Virus record (IMG/VR): IMGVR_UViG_3300033149_003257
Span: 32,001-96,000 of that record
DNA from: a virus
DNA: 64,000 nucleotides
Strand: one strand, 5' to 3'
Below are positions 39,810 to 49,871 of this stretch, in pieces. Every line of letters begins with the position of its first letter. Position 1 is the stretch's first letter. The translations under genes and the position numbers were made by a program. The notes beneath the pieces were generated by a model that was not told the origin of the DNA, made no database searches, and worked only from the letters and a program-made list of their open reading frames with translations.

Positions 39810-40321
39810 TTTATTACAAACCTTCTAACCATAGATATAATTATTTCTTTATCCACAAAATCACCCGGACAAGTTAGTTCTTTATTATCAGACACTTCTC
39901 TATGAAGTTTAATTTTAGCAGGAGATATTTTGAATAATTTTAAAGCAGGATTTAAGATTTTATAAGCAAGGACTTCATATAATCTCTTTTCCGGCACTTT
40001 AAAATCGTAACTGCCCAACAAAGCCACGTGCAATGCTCTATTATTTATATCATCAGAAATATCTGGCCAATCACATAAATAAGAAAATGGTCTACAAATA
40101 ACAGGTATATAATCATCTTTTATCTTATCAATAACATAATGATATTCAACGTCTCCTTGTTTCTTTTCTAAAACTCCTTTAAATATACCATACATTTGAT
40201 ATTTAGGATTATCAATTCTAACTTCTGGAGCATCATATAATTCAGCAGTATGATGTAAAATTATCCATTTTATACTTTGTCTTCTAATCTTCAACATGCT
40301 TGGTTTAAAAGGTATTTTCAT
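39806..40321 (-). CDS. N-acetylmuramoyl-L-alanine amidase (Amidase_2-like)
   Basis: IILHHTA, YHYVID, LHREV, TCPG. Confidence 0.8.
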   Translation of the reverse strand: MKIPFKPSMLKIRRQSIKWIILHHTAELYDAPEVRIDNPKYQMYGIFKGVLEKKQGDVEYHYVIDKIKDDYIPVICRPFSYLCDWPDISDDINNRALHVALLGSYDFKVPEKRLYEVLAYKILNPALKLFKISPAKIKLHREVSDNKELTCPGDFVDKEIIISMVRRFVIK

Positions 40322-40322
40322 A

Positions 40323-41060
40323 TTAACTCCGTGCTCTTAGACTCAAAACTTTAATTCTATCTATACCATTATTTATAGATTCTGCAGCAGAATTCATTTT
40401 TCCTTGAACAGAAGATACAGAAGCATTCATATTTAAAATATCAGAAGCAGAAATTCCAGCATCTGTATATATAGAATCTGTATCTAGTATTCCAGAATCA
40501 CTAATTTTCATCGCTGACATTGCAGAATTTAATGCTGCAGTTTCTGAAGATACATCGACTCCCAAGTCATCTAAACAAGTCAATAAAGCATCAGCATCTG
40601 AAATTAATTCTGAAATTCCTAAACTATCAAATATTTTTGTAATATTACTCATACTTAATGAAATCGAAAATTCTGGAAGACCAGATGCAATAGTGGAAAT
40701 TGCTGTAGATATACCACTTCTTAAATCATTTAATAAATCTTTTGAAGCATTTCTAATTAAATTAAATGGATCACTCAAAATATCATGATTTTTTAAAAAT
40801 TCACAACCATTAATTAATGTTTGCAAATCATTAAAAGTAGAAACAGTAGTAAAATCTGGAATATCAACATTAGTAGAAATAGTATTAGCAGCATCTTCAA
40901 TATCTTGATATGGAGAAAATACAGCACCACTTAAATCACTTACAACTGAATCAATTCTATTAGATATATCTGTTTGAGCATCTGTAAGAACATTTAAACT
41001 AGCATTAAAATTAGATAACAAAACATCTTCGACTGATGTTTGTAAATTAACTTGTACCAT
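40323..41060 (-). CDS. probable virion (baseplate-associated) protein
   Basis: Ser/Asp/Ala-rich helical protein directly after the gp5-like gene; start taken at MVQVNLQ to avoid a 120-nt overlap. Confidence 0.6.
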   Translation of the reverse strand: MVQVNLQTSVEDVLLSNFNASLNVLTDAQTDISNRIDSVVSDLSGAVFSPYQDIEDAANTISTNVDIPDFTTVSTFNDLQTLINGCEFLKNHDILSDPFNLIRNASKDLLNDLRSGISTAISTIASGLPEFSISLSMSNITKIFDSLGISELISDADALLTCLDDLGVDVSSETAALNSAMSAMKISDSGILDTDSIYTDAGISASDILNMNASVSSVQGKMNSAAESINNGIDRIKVLSLRARS

Positions 41061-41061
41061 A

Positions 41062-42210
41062 TTATGTATCCCTTTCTCCTTCTGGGGTTGCATCAATAGC
41101 TGGAGTTGCAGGTTGAGCATCTTTCGAAGCAGTTGCATCACCAGCATCAGAAGCAGAATCACTTCCTTGCATATCAATTCCATTTGAACATTTTACAACT
41201 ATTCTATCATCAGTTTCCAAAATTATTTTATCAACTGTTTTACTATGCATTTCTTCACCAGATTCACTATACATATTTTCTGCAGCTTTAATATTTATAT
41301 CCTTATCAGATTCCATATTCATATCATCACCTGATTTATGATGCATTTTTTCGTCTGCTTCTACATATGTATTTTTATCTGATTTAACATATAAATTTCT
41401 ATCTGTCGATTGAGTCATATCTTTTCCAGATTTAATATTCATCTCATAAACAGACTCTTGATTTAATTTTTGATTAGATAAAATATTCATATCTTCCAAA
41501 GATTCATGATACATAGATTTATGAGATTTCACATGAATATTTTCTAAAGCAGTTAAATAAATTGATTTATGACTCTTTATTTCTATATCATCAGCAAACT
41601 CAGCCTGAAGTTTTCTTTCATCTATATCAATATGAAAAAAATCTCCATGAACAGTACGAATTAAAACTTTTTCTTTACCCTCTCTTTCATCAAAGAGAAT
41701 AGTCGTCATATTATCATCTATTTGATAAACACTTTCAGTATCACCAGTTGGTGGATTTGTCATTTGTCTCTTCTTGCCACCGATTTCAACTCTTTCGTCA
41801 TCCGGATCATCTGATAATACAATAACTCTACCCATATGAGTTTTTAAAACTGTCCATTTATCTTCATAATTAGTTCCAAGTTGATTTTCCGGCAGAACCA
41901 TTGTATTTTCTAAATCAAGTGCACCAAAATAATATGGATTATTTATATCTCCAGCTTCAAAAAAACACCACATCCAAGAACCAATTTTCGGAATATATGA
42001 TGATCCAGAATAATGGTGTTCAGAATCATTTTCCATATTTCGACCACCCATAGGATTATTTCCAGGACGCGCCCACACTCCAGTCTCATCACTTACATCT
42101 GGCATAAGAACAGGAATCCATATTAATACCCTACCAAACTTCTCTGGATCTTTGTTATTTACAACTTTACATCTATAAAACCCAAAAAGTGGTCCGGAAA
42201 GATCATTCAT
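41062..42210 (-). CDS. baseplate hub/spike, gp5/VgrG-like
   Basis: OB-fold YRCKVVNNKDPEKFGRV...IPKIGSWMWCFFEAGDINNPYYFG; 8-residue beta-helix repeats. Confidence 0.88.
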   Translation of the reverse strand: MNDLSGPLFGFYRCKVVNNKDPEKFGRVLIWIPVLMPDVSDETGVWARPGNNPMGGRNMENDSEHHYSGSSYIPKIGSWMWCFFEAGDINNPYYFGALDLENTMVLPENQLGTNYEDKWTVLKTHMGRVIVLSDDPDDERVEIGGKKRQMTNPPTGDTESVYQIDDNMTTILFDEREGKEKVLIRTVHGDFFHIDIDERKLQAEFADDIEIKSHKSIYLTALENIHVKSHKSMYHESLEDMNILSNQKLNQESVYEMNIKSGKDMTQSTDRNLYVKSDKNTYVEADEKMHHKSGDDMNMESDKDINIKAAENMYSESGEEMHSKTVDKIILETDDRIVVKCSNGIDMQGSDSASDAGDATASKDAQPATPAIDATPEGERDT

Positions 42211-42221
42211 TTAAAATATCC

Positions 42222-43244
42222 TTACAAACAAATCCTATTTGCTAAATTTCCAGTAGAACATTCTGTTCCAGTTTTATGTCCAAATAAAAAATGACAATTC
42301 TCACACGTAGATATAGCATAATCTGGATCTAAAGCAAAAAATGGTTCTAATTTTTGTGGACGAGTATGATGAACATGTTCTGCTTGTTCTCCACAATAAA
42401 CACATTTATAATCATCTCGTTTTAACACTTCTTGTCTAAATATTTGATATTCTTCTTGATTATAATAAATTTCATCAGATAATATATCATTTTTTATTTT
42501 TAAATTATATAAAGGACAAACATTTTTACATTTTTCTGAACAATAAAAATAACATCCTCCATTACCATAATCTTTTTCTAATTGTCTAATTCTTTCATAT
42601 AATTGTGAACCAGTTGGAGTAAACCAACCTCCCATCTCTTTTGAATTAGTACAATTATGATTTTTACAATGTACTTGAATTTCTTTTTCTCCAGGTTTAT
42701 CTGGATTATATCTCATCTCTTCTATTTTAGAAAAGAAAGGATATCTTTTTTGTATTTGTTTAATATTTAGCTTTCTTGATATGCTTATATTTTTTCCAAT
42801 TCTTCTTATTTTTTCTGATTTATTTATATCTAAACCTTTATTCCATGGAATAATACCTTCTTTATCTTTGGCCATTTTCATAATTATATTATTATTATTT
42901 TTTGTTAATCCTTTATTCCACGCTACACGTCCTTTTAAAGAATTAGATAATTTCATTCTGGTTTCCAAACTTAAATTTTCTTTTTTACTTGACTCACTTA
43001 ATTTTCTCCTAGTTTCTTTACTTAAATTCTCTTTTTTAGATGATTCACTAAGTCTCTTCAACGTTTCTTCTGAAAAACAATTCTTCACTTCCTTATTCCA
43101 GGGTATGTTCCCTTTTACTTTTTCTCTTTGTATTTCAATTTTTCCCGGGCAACTATTAAAATTTTCACTACAACACCATTTTGTCATTCCTTTTCTGGGA
43201 GGATATTTTGCTTCTCTTCCACATCCGTAATCACATAAAATCAT
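42222..43244 (-). CDS. NUMOD3-repeat HNH homing endonuclease-like protein (copy 2)
   Basis: Same architecture and near-identical C-terminal half as copies 1, 3 and 4. Confidence 0.85.
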   Translation of the reverse strand: MILCDYGCGREAKYPPRKGMTKWCCSENFNSCPGKIEIQREKVKGNIPWNKEVKNCFSEETLKRLSESSKKENLSKETRRKLSESSKKENLSLETRMKLSNSLKGRVAWNKGLTKNNNNIIMKMAKDKEGIIPWNKGLDINKSEKIRRIGKNISISRKLNIKQIQKRYPFFSKIEEMRYNPDKPGEKEIQVHCKNHNCTNSKEMGGWFTPTGSQLYERIRQLEKDYGNGGCYFYCSEKCKNVCPLYNLKIKNDILSDEIYYNQEEYQIFRQEVLKRDDYKCVYCGEQAEHVHHTRPQKLEPFFALDPDYAISTCENCHFLFGHKTGTECSTGNLANRICL

Positions 43245-43259
43245 GTAACATACTCCATA

Positions 43260-44150
43260 TTAAAAAATTCTTTTTGTTAATAATAAAATTTTATTAAACT
43301 CTACTTCATTATATCGAAATAAAAAAGATGGAACAAATCGAACACCTGGAATATTTGAAGCAAGTATTGTTGAGATAAATCTTGAAATATCTTCAAGTGC
43401 TGGTAACATATTTATTGATAAAAGTTTTAAAACTCTAGAAGCAAATTTATGTTGAGTTAACCCTTTCATTACTCCAAAATCTGATAAGGATTTAATAAAA
43501 TCATTTATATCTGAAAAATCATATTTACTTAATTGTTCAGAAATATCAGTATAATTAAAAGATGATATACTAGATGCTTTTCTATATAAATCTTTATTAT
43601 TAGAAAGACCAAAAAATGAACAAAAAATATAACAAGATAATAAAAATTTTAACTTATTAATTTCTCCAGAATATATACCCAACAATCCATATTCCTTACC
43701 AAATAATCTTATAAAAACACTCAGTAAAAAATTAATAATAGAAGAAGAAAAATCTAATGAAATTTTCAATTTTCCTCTAATCATTTCTGAAAAACAATAT
43801 GAATAAGTTAATAAAGAATAAAAATTTCGTGAATCTAATGAAGCAATTTCATTCACTCCAAATGGTTTTAAATTTATAACTATATCTTTTGTAGACATAT
43901 TAAAAGTAGATGGTAATATATATTTATCAAAATTTACAACTTTTAAATTTTCTCTTTCTTTAACATTACTAATATATTTAAAAATAGTATCTTTTGTAAA
44001 ATGATTAATTTTATTTTTATTTAAATTCAAAAAAATAAATACATGTCTTGGATCGTTATCTTCACTAACATAAGCATTAATAATTGATTCAGAAAAATCT
44101 ATTATATTATCAACATTTTTTAAAATAGAAAACTTCTTTTTTATAATCAT
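43260..44150 (-). CDS. hypothetical protein
   Basis: 296 aa ORF in the structural region. Confidence 0.75.
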   Translation of the reverse strand: MIIKKKFSILKNVDNIIDFSESIINAYVSEDNDPRHVFIFLNLNKNKINHFTKDTIFKYISNVKERENLKVVNFDKYILPSTFNMSTKDIVINLKPFGVNEIASLDSRNFYSLLTYSYCFSEMIRGKLKISLDFSSSIINFLLSVFIRLFGKEYGLLGIYSGEINKLKFLLSCYIFCSFFGLSNNKDLYRKASSISSFNYTDISEQLSKYDFSDINDFIKSLSDFGVMKGLTQHKFASRVLKLLSINMLPALEDISRFISTILASNIPGVRFVPSFLFRYNEVEFNKILLLTKRIF

Positions 44151-44165
44151 TTTATTATCTTCTCA

Positions 44166-44555
44166 TTACCATGCTATAGAAGTAAGATCTACAACATCCT
44201 TTTCAGGAAAATTATCTTGACAAATAGTCACAATTGCTTGATATGAAGGAATAACAACAGTATCTAAATCAAAATCTTCCATACAAGCAACATTATTTAC
44301 AAACATTAAAAGTTGTGATAAAACAACCGTGCCATATTTATCATATGAAAGATTATATGGTTTAAATCTATATTGTGGTTGAAATTTTTCTAGTGTTGAA
44401 TTTCTTAATAGAAAAAATAAATTTTTTTCTATTGTCCATAATGTAGGAGATACAAAAGAATAATAATCATTATCTGTCTTATATCTATCAGCCATTCTAT
44501 CCATATTTATTGGTAGACTTTTTTGCTGAAGAGACTCATCTTTTATTGTAATCAT
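44166..44555 (-). CDS. LysM/gp53-like baseplate wedge protein
   Basis: PYNLSYDKYGT...LLMFVNN...VVIPS pattern. Confidence 0.6.
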   Translation of the reverse strand: MITIKDESLQQKSLPINMDRMADRYKTDNDYYSFVSPTLWTIEKNLFFLLRNSTLEKFQPQYRFKPYNLSYDKYGTVVLSQLLMFVNNVACMEDFDLDTVVIPSYQAIVTICQDNFPEKDVVDLTSIAW

Positions 44556-44568
44556 TTAAATATCTCCT

Positions 44569-45543
44569 TCAACAAATCCTATTTGCTAAATTTCCAGTAG
44601 AACATTCTGTTCCAGTTTTATGACCATATTTATAATGACATTCTTTACAAACAGATATAGCATAATCAGGATCTAGTGAAAAAAATGGTTCTAATTTTTG
44701 TGGACGAGTATGATGAACATGTTCTGCTTTTTCTCCACAATAAATACATTTGTAATCATCTCGTTTTAGAACAATTTCTCTAAATGTTTGATATTCTTCT
44801 GAAGAATATAACTCTTCTATTTCATAAGTTCCTTGTTGAATTTCTACTTCTTTTATAAGTTGATTTACAGTTTTACCATAAAGAGGACAAATATTTTTAC
44901 ATTCTTTTGAACAATAGAAATAAGAAGAACAATTTCCCCAATCATTTTCTAATTGTCTAATTCTTTCATATAATTGGATATATGTTGGAGTAAACCAACC
45001 ACCTTGTTCTTTTGAATTAGGACAATTATGGTTTTTACAATGTACTTGTATTTCTTTTTCTCCAAGTTTATCTGGATTATATCTCATCTCTTCAATTCTA
45101 GAAAAAAACGGATATCTTTTCTTTATTTGTTTAATAGTTAATCTTAAACCCTTATGTCCTTTATGAGACTCACTTAATTTTCTCCTAGTTTCTTTACTTA
45201 AATTCTCTTTTTTAGAAGATTCCCTCATCTTTTCTATAGTTTTTTCACTACATTTATAACCTATATGAGACTCACTTAACTTTCTTCTAGTTTCTTTACT
45301 CTTTACACATCCTCTTAAAGCATTACTAATCTTTATTCTAGTTTCTTCAGAACAACTATGCCCTTTATGAGACTCACTCATCTTTTTTCTAACTATTTCA
45401 GAATGGTTTTTACCTTTAAATTTCTTTCTTACTTCCGAACATTTATTTACATTTTTTTCACAACACCATTTCCCATTTTTAAATTGATATTTTGCTTCTT
45501 TTCCACAACCATAATCACATAATTTCATTTCAAATTCCAGCAA
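44569..45543 (-). CDS. NUMOD3-repeat HNH homing endonuclease-like protein (copy 3)
   Basis: CDYGCG, KETRRKLSESH repeats, HVHH...CKECH. Confidence 0.85.
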   Translation of the reverse strand: MLEFEMKLCDYGCGKEAKYQFKNGKWCCEKNVNKCSEVRKKFKGKNHSEIVRKKMSESHKGHSCSEETRIKISNALRGCVKSKETRRKLSESHIGYKCSEKTIEKMRESSKKENLSKETRRKLSESHKGHKGLRLTIKQIKKRYPFFSRIEEMRYNPDKLGEKEIQVHCKNHNCPNSKEQGGWFTPTYIQLYERIRQLENDWGNCSSYFYCSKECKNICPLYGKTVNQLIKEVEIQQGTYEIEELYSSEEYQTFREIVLKRDDYKCIYCGEKAEHVHHTRPQKLEPFFSLDPDYAISVCKECHYKYGHKTGTECSTGNLANRIC

Positions 45544-46141
45544 TACTTAATCCTGGATAATTATCTACAGACCACTCACAATTTGTTTCTTGAATTGATA
45601 ATCTAGAATTTAAAACTTCTAAATCATCATTATCTAAATATTTCGAATAATTATTTAAATAAAATTGATAATCACCTTTCACAAGACTAATAGGAATATT
45701 TAAATATCCATTATGAAATTTTTCATGCATTGTTTTTATTAAAGTAACATAACCAATTTTATTCATAAAATGTAATTTAATTGCATCTAAAGAAATATCA
45801 AAAGAAGAAAATTCTTCATTGTTTTCAATCTTTTTATTTATAATAGATTTTACTAAAACAAACAAACTCGGAACATGATGATGTAATTGAATATCAACTT
45901 CACTAATTTTTTCATGTGTAATCATACAAGTATTAATTCCAAGAATATCAATTATATAATCTCTCCATAATTTATATTCTATACTATTTCTTATCATATT
46001 CTCACATTTTTTTATAAACTTATTATAGTCACTTTCACTTTGAAAATTTTTAATTCTCAACGATAATCGAAATGGATACTGGTCACTATATAACTCCAAT
46101 CCCTCAACATTTGATTTAATTGTTATATCTTCTGTTTCCAT
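45530..46141 (-). CDS. hypothetical protein with HNH-like His pattern
   Basis: IQLHHH...TMHEKFHNG. Confidence 0.6.
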   Translation of the reverse strand: METEDITIKSNVEGLELYSDQYPFRLSLRIKNFQSESDYNKFIKKCENMIRNSIEYKLWRDYIIDILGINTCMITHEKISEVDIQLHHHVPSLFVLVKSIINKKIENNEEFSSFDISLDAIKLHFMNKIGYVTLIKTMHEKFHNGYLNIPISLVKGDYQFYLNNYSKYLDNDDLEVLNSRLSIQETNCEWSVDNYPGLSIAGI

Positions 46142-46165
46142 TATTTCATTATCCCGAATTATTTT

Positions 46166-46810
46166 TTATTGACCAATATATTTATACATATATGCACAAA
46201 TAAGAGAAAAACAAATAAATACAAACCCCCACATAATAAATCCTTTATACGTTAATAAAAAAAGAAAAACTGAAAAAAGAAATTTTAAAATAAAATAACC
46301 CAAACCAATACCAGTACCTACAGCAACCCCACCAACAGCCAAATCAGTTTTTACTTGATCTGGAATTTTTACTCTTTGAGAATCATCTCTTATATTTTTT
46401 ATAGCTTTCTTCAAATTATCTTTAGTATTAGATATAACATCTTTTTCTTGATAAGAAGAGATAAAAGCAATAGCCGCTGCAAAAGGATTTGCTATTTCAT
46501 CAGGTAGTTTAGGTAAAGAATTCTTAATAACTTTACTTGACAAATCATATGATTTTTCAAAATCTGGAGATACTTTTTTACCAAAATCTTTTAAAGAAGA
46601 TAATTTAATAGTGGGTATTTTCTTTACATCTTCAAACATTTTTTTCAATTTTCCCTCTTTAAAATCAGAATGTAAATTATTTATTAACTTCTTCGGATTC
46701 ATAGATTTTAATTTATCAATTATTTTATTAATTTTTTCACCCTCTTCTAACATCATAACCTGCTCAAGAATAAACAAATCATTTAAATAATTATCTATAT
46801 AATTTTCCAT
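46166..46810 (-). CDS. probable virion protein with C-terminal membrane helices
   Basis: NYLNDLFILE leader; hydrophobic C-terminus. Confidence 0.6.
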   Translation of the reverse strand: MENYIDNYLNDLFILEQVMMLEEGEKINKIIDKLKSMNPKKLINNLHSDFKEGKLKKMFEDVKKIPTIKLSSLKDFGKKVSPDFEKSYDLSSKVIKNSLPKLPDEIANPFAAAIAFISSYQEKDVISNTKDNLKKAIKNIRDDSQRVKIPDQVKTDLAVGGVAVGTGIGLGYFILKFLFSVFLFLLTYKGFIMWGFVFICFSLICAYMYKYIGQ

Positions 46811-46815
46811 TATTA

Positions 46816-47973
46816 CTATCCTCTCTTTGAAAACTTATCTAATAAAACTTTTGATAATCGTTCAGATAACATATTACTCATATTAGTTCTTCTACTAAAA
46901 ATAGAACTAGATGCTTTTCTAACATCTTCTAAACTTTCAAATGCTTTTGCATGTCCTAATGAAGAATAAATATATGAATAAGGAACAACAGAACAAACTC
47001 CTTTAAATTCCTTCATACAATAAATAGCTCTTTTATTAACATCATCAGTTATAATAAATGAATTCCAACCTAATTTAAATAATTTTCTAACTCCTCCAGC
47101 ACTCCTAAAAAAATCATCATTTAGATCCAAATAATTAATACAAACAAATGTATCAGAAATAGATGTTCTAGCCATTATAATATCTTTTCTAGGATCTCCA
47201 GATACATTTCTTTCTCCTTTACCAACAAATGGAATTCTACTTTTAATATCATACCAATTTTTCCACATCTTTCTAATTATTTTTCTACCAGTTGCAATTA
47301 ATATAGTTTGTATTTTTCCAATTTGTCGGTCATATAACATTAAAGATGCTAAATTCTCATCAGATTTTACTGGAAAAGGAACAACTTTAACCCCAATAAA
47401 ACTAGGTGTTTTTACTCCACTTTTTTCAATATCAACTTGAATCCAAGTTGGTTCAATTGTTAAAGATTTTCCAAAAAATTCTGTGTGACGAATAGAAACA
47501 GAAGAGGACTTTAAATCTCTTTCTTGTTTTTCTTTCTCTCTTTGATATTTATCTAAATCTCTCTTATATTTATCTAATTCCCTTTCTTCTTTTTCTTTTT
47601 TTTCTCTTTCATCATTAATTTTCTGTTTATTTCTTTCTTCATCTTCTTCTTCTAATTTCTTCATTCTTTTTTCTCGTTCAGCAATCTGTCCCTTAAGATT
47701 TTGTATTTTTAAATTTAACTCCTCTTCTCTTTTAGATTCCAAATCATCTTTCTTACCTTTATTACCAGAATCTGCATCTCTAGTTGGACCAGCTTCTTTT
47801 AAATATAACTTAGATCCTCTAGAATATAATTTAGAAGACGTTTGTTTTCTAACGCCTGCTATCATATCATCAAGTTCATATACTAACATAAATATTTCTA
47901 AAGTTTTCGCAATTCCAGGTAAAACAGATGGAGAAACAGTACTTGAAGTAAGCATTGGCTTAAAATAAATCAT
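46816..47973 (-). CDS. hypothetical protein with charged coiled coil
   Basis: 385 aa; E/K/R-rich central helix. Confidence 0.75.
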   Translation of the reverse strand: MIYFKPMLTSSTVSPSVLPGIAKTLEIFMLVYELDDMIAGVRKQTSSKLYSRGSKLYLKEAGPTRDADSGNKGKKDDLESKREEELNLKIQNLKGQIAEREKRMKKLEEEDEERNKQKINDEREKKEKEERELDKYKRDLDKYQREKEKQERDLKSSSVSIRHTEFFGKSLTIEPTWIQVDIEKSGVKTPSFIGVKVVPFPVKSDENLASLMLYDRQIGKIQTILIATGRKIIRKMWKNWYDIKSRIPFVGKGERNVSGDPRKDIIMARTSISDTFVCINYLDLNDDFFRSAGGVRKLFKLGWNSFIITDDVNKRAIYCMKEFKGVCSVVPYSYIYSSLGHAKAFESLEDVRKASSSIFSRRTNMSNMLSERLSKVLLDKFSKRG

Positions 47974-47989
47974 CTAACATTATCCTCCA

Positions 47990-48904
47990 TTATAACAAAA
48001 ACACATCGTCTTGTTTCTCTTCTTTTTTCTTATCTATAATTTTTGATTTAATTTTTGATCCATCTTTATCACAAAACTTTTTATATAAACAATATTTACA
48101 TTGTTTTGTAGTAAACCCAATAGGTTCAGGAACTTCTTTTGTTCTTATACTATTTTGAAGGAGAGTTGATCTTTCTAGAAAGGATTTAGCTAATTCACTA
48201 TTAAATTTAATATCAAATGCAACCACTTTTCTTAGATTTCGAAACACATATATAATAGTAACATTTTCAATATTATAATTATATTCATTATTCAAAATAT
48301 AAACATATATAATAGCTTGAAAATAATGTTCTTTATCATAATTATTTTTAAATCTATTATCATCAACACTTTTTATCTCATAAAGAAACTTATCCTTAAT
48401 TGCATCAACTCGTCCTTTAACTTTATATATTTCACTAACAACTGTTTTTTCAATCTCAGAAAAATTATAAATATCTTGAATTATATTATGTATTTCATTA
48501 CCAACTTTTTGCATCATATATAAATATGAAAATTGATATTGTTTCTTTATATCTACTGGATATTTTAATCTTTTATAATAACTTTCTCTTATACATGAAC
48601 ATAATTCAGTAACAGAGATATATGGTCTTTCATAGCTCTGTATTCTCTTATGATCATCTATTAATCTAGCTCTCATAAGAGATTCAAACAAATTTACATT
48701 AAAACCAACAGAAGAATTATTTCTATAATTATTAATGTCAGCATGAATATCAAAAAATTCTTCTGGAATACTATTTTTTTCTTGCTTAATCTCAACAACT
48801 TTTTCTTTTTTCTTTAAATTTTTCGAAATATCTATAACTGTATTACTATTAGGTTTCTGACTTTCTAAATATGAAAGAAGTTCTTTATATTCATTACTTT
48901 GCAC
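47990..48904 (-). CDS. Cas4-like PD-(D/E)xK exonuclease
   Basis: C...GNEIH...GRVDAI...YEIKS...QAIIY...CKYCLYKKFC. Confidence 0.85.
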   Translation of the reverse strand: MQSNEYKELLSYLESQKPNSNTVIDISKNLKKKEKVVEIKQEKNSIPEEFFDIHADINNYRNNSSVGFNVNLFESLMRARLIDDHKRIQSYERPYISVTELCSCIRESYYKRLKYPVDIKKQYQFSYLYMMQKVGNEIHNIIQDIYNFSEIEKTVVSEIYKVKGRVDAIKDKFLYEIKSVDDNRFKNNYDKEHYFQAIIYVYILNNEYNYNIENVTIIYVFRNLRKVVAFDIKFNSELAKSFLERSTLLQNSIRTKEVPEPIGFTTKQCKYCLYKKFCDKDGSKIKSKIIDKKKEEKQDDVFLL

Positions 48905-49460
48905 TATAATTCTCTAAAATAGAAATAGCACTTTCTACAAGATTATCTCTTAAAATTTTATATGCATCTTCGATAATCTTACCAGTCCAATCATTCAATT
49001 TATCATAATTTTTAGATTCAGAAATAGTTCTTGCAATTAGTAAATTATCTACTGCTAAAGAAAATGCTTTTTCTCGAATTTTAGTTTCAATCAAATTTGT
49101 AACATCAACAGAATCTTTTTTCTTATTTTCTAAAATTTCTTTTAAACTATTTTTAATATCTTTTCTGGCTTTTTCATTAGAAACTAATTTCTGACAATTT
49201 TCTCTGGCAATTTTTGCACTATTTTTAGCCATAGAATGAAGAGATTTTGTATCAATTTTTTCCTGAATAGCTTTTGGAGAAAAATCAATAAGTTTAAACA
49301 TCTCCATAACTACGGACAATATTGCACCTTTAATAGATAAATAATCTTCAGCCATAATTGGACAACATCCATTTAACTTCTTCACATTCTTTCCAAACAA
49401 AACATAATCAAGACTATAAAAATTTTCAAGAATCCTGATTTTTGACTCTTTAGTTAACAT
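48894..49460 (-). CDS. hypothetical protein
   Basis: 188 aa, GGAGG RBS. Confidence 0.75.
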   Translation of the reverse strand: MLTKESKIRILENFYSLDYVLFGKNVKKLNGCCPIMAEDYLSIKGAILSVVMEMFKLIDFSPKAIQEKIDTKSLHSMAKNSAKIARENCQKLVSNEKARKDIKNSLKEILENKKKDSVDVTNLIETKIREKAFSLAVDNLLIARTISESKNYDKLNDWTGKIIEDAYKILRDNLVESAISILENYSAK

Positions 49461-49484
49461 AATATTACACCTCCAAAAAAATTA

Positions 49485-49775
49485 TTATTTATAAGAAAAG
49501 CTTGAATTTTCATCTTCAATAACTTCTAATAATACCCGTCTAGAATCAGAAGGGAACTTAGTATTTTTAACAGCTAAACATAAAACTTTAAGTGCATCAA
49601 TAGTTCTGCCTTTCTTTCCAATAACTTTACCAAAATCTGAAGTATTTACTTCAAGTTGAATTATAATTGCTTTTGTAGAAATAGAAATCTTAACTTTTAC
49701 ATTTTCAGAAAAATCAACAATCTTCTCTACATTATACAGAACAAAATCTTCTAGTAACTGGGACATAGATTTCAT
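49485..49775 (-). CDS. khpA: KH-domain RNA-binding protein, KhpA-like
   Basis: IVDFSENV...DFGKVIGKKGRTIDALK (GxxG loop). Confidence 0.85.
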   Translation of the reverse strand: MKSMSQLLEDFVLYNVEKIVDFSENVKVKISISTKAIIIQLEVNTSDFGKVIGKKGRTIDALKVLCLAVKNTKFPSDSRRVLLEVIEDENSSFSYK

Positions 49776-49831
49776 AAAAATTTCTCCTTTTCATTAATAT
49801 TTACTTAATTATATATATACCTCTTAATTTT

Positions 49832-49841
49832 TAATTTGTTC
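49832..49841 (-). promoter_or_regulatory. candidate phage promoter GAACAAATTA
   Basis: Exact repeat of 33331-33340, intergenic. Confidence 0.5.
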
Positions 49842-49871
49842 TATATAATAGTTGTTATTAGAAAGAAATCT

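Noticed and set aside
47990-48904. Cas4-like gene as evidence for a CRISPR-Cas system
   Set aside because: No repeat-spacer array or other cas genes were seen; solo Cas4-like nucleases are common in phages.
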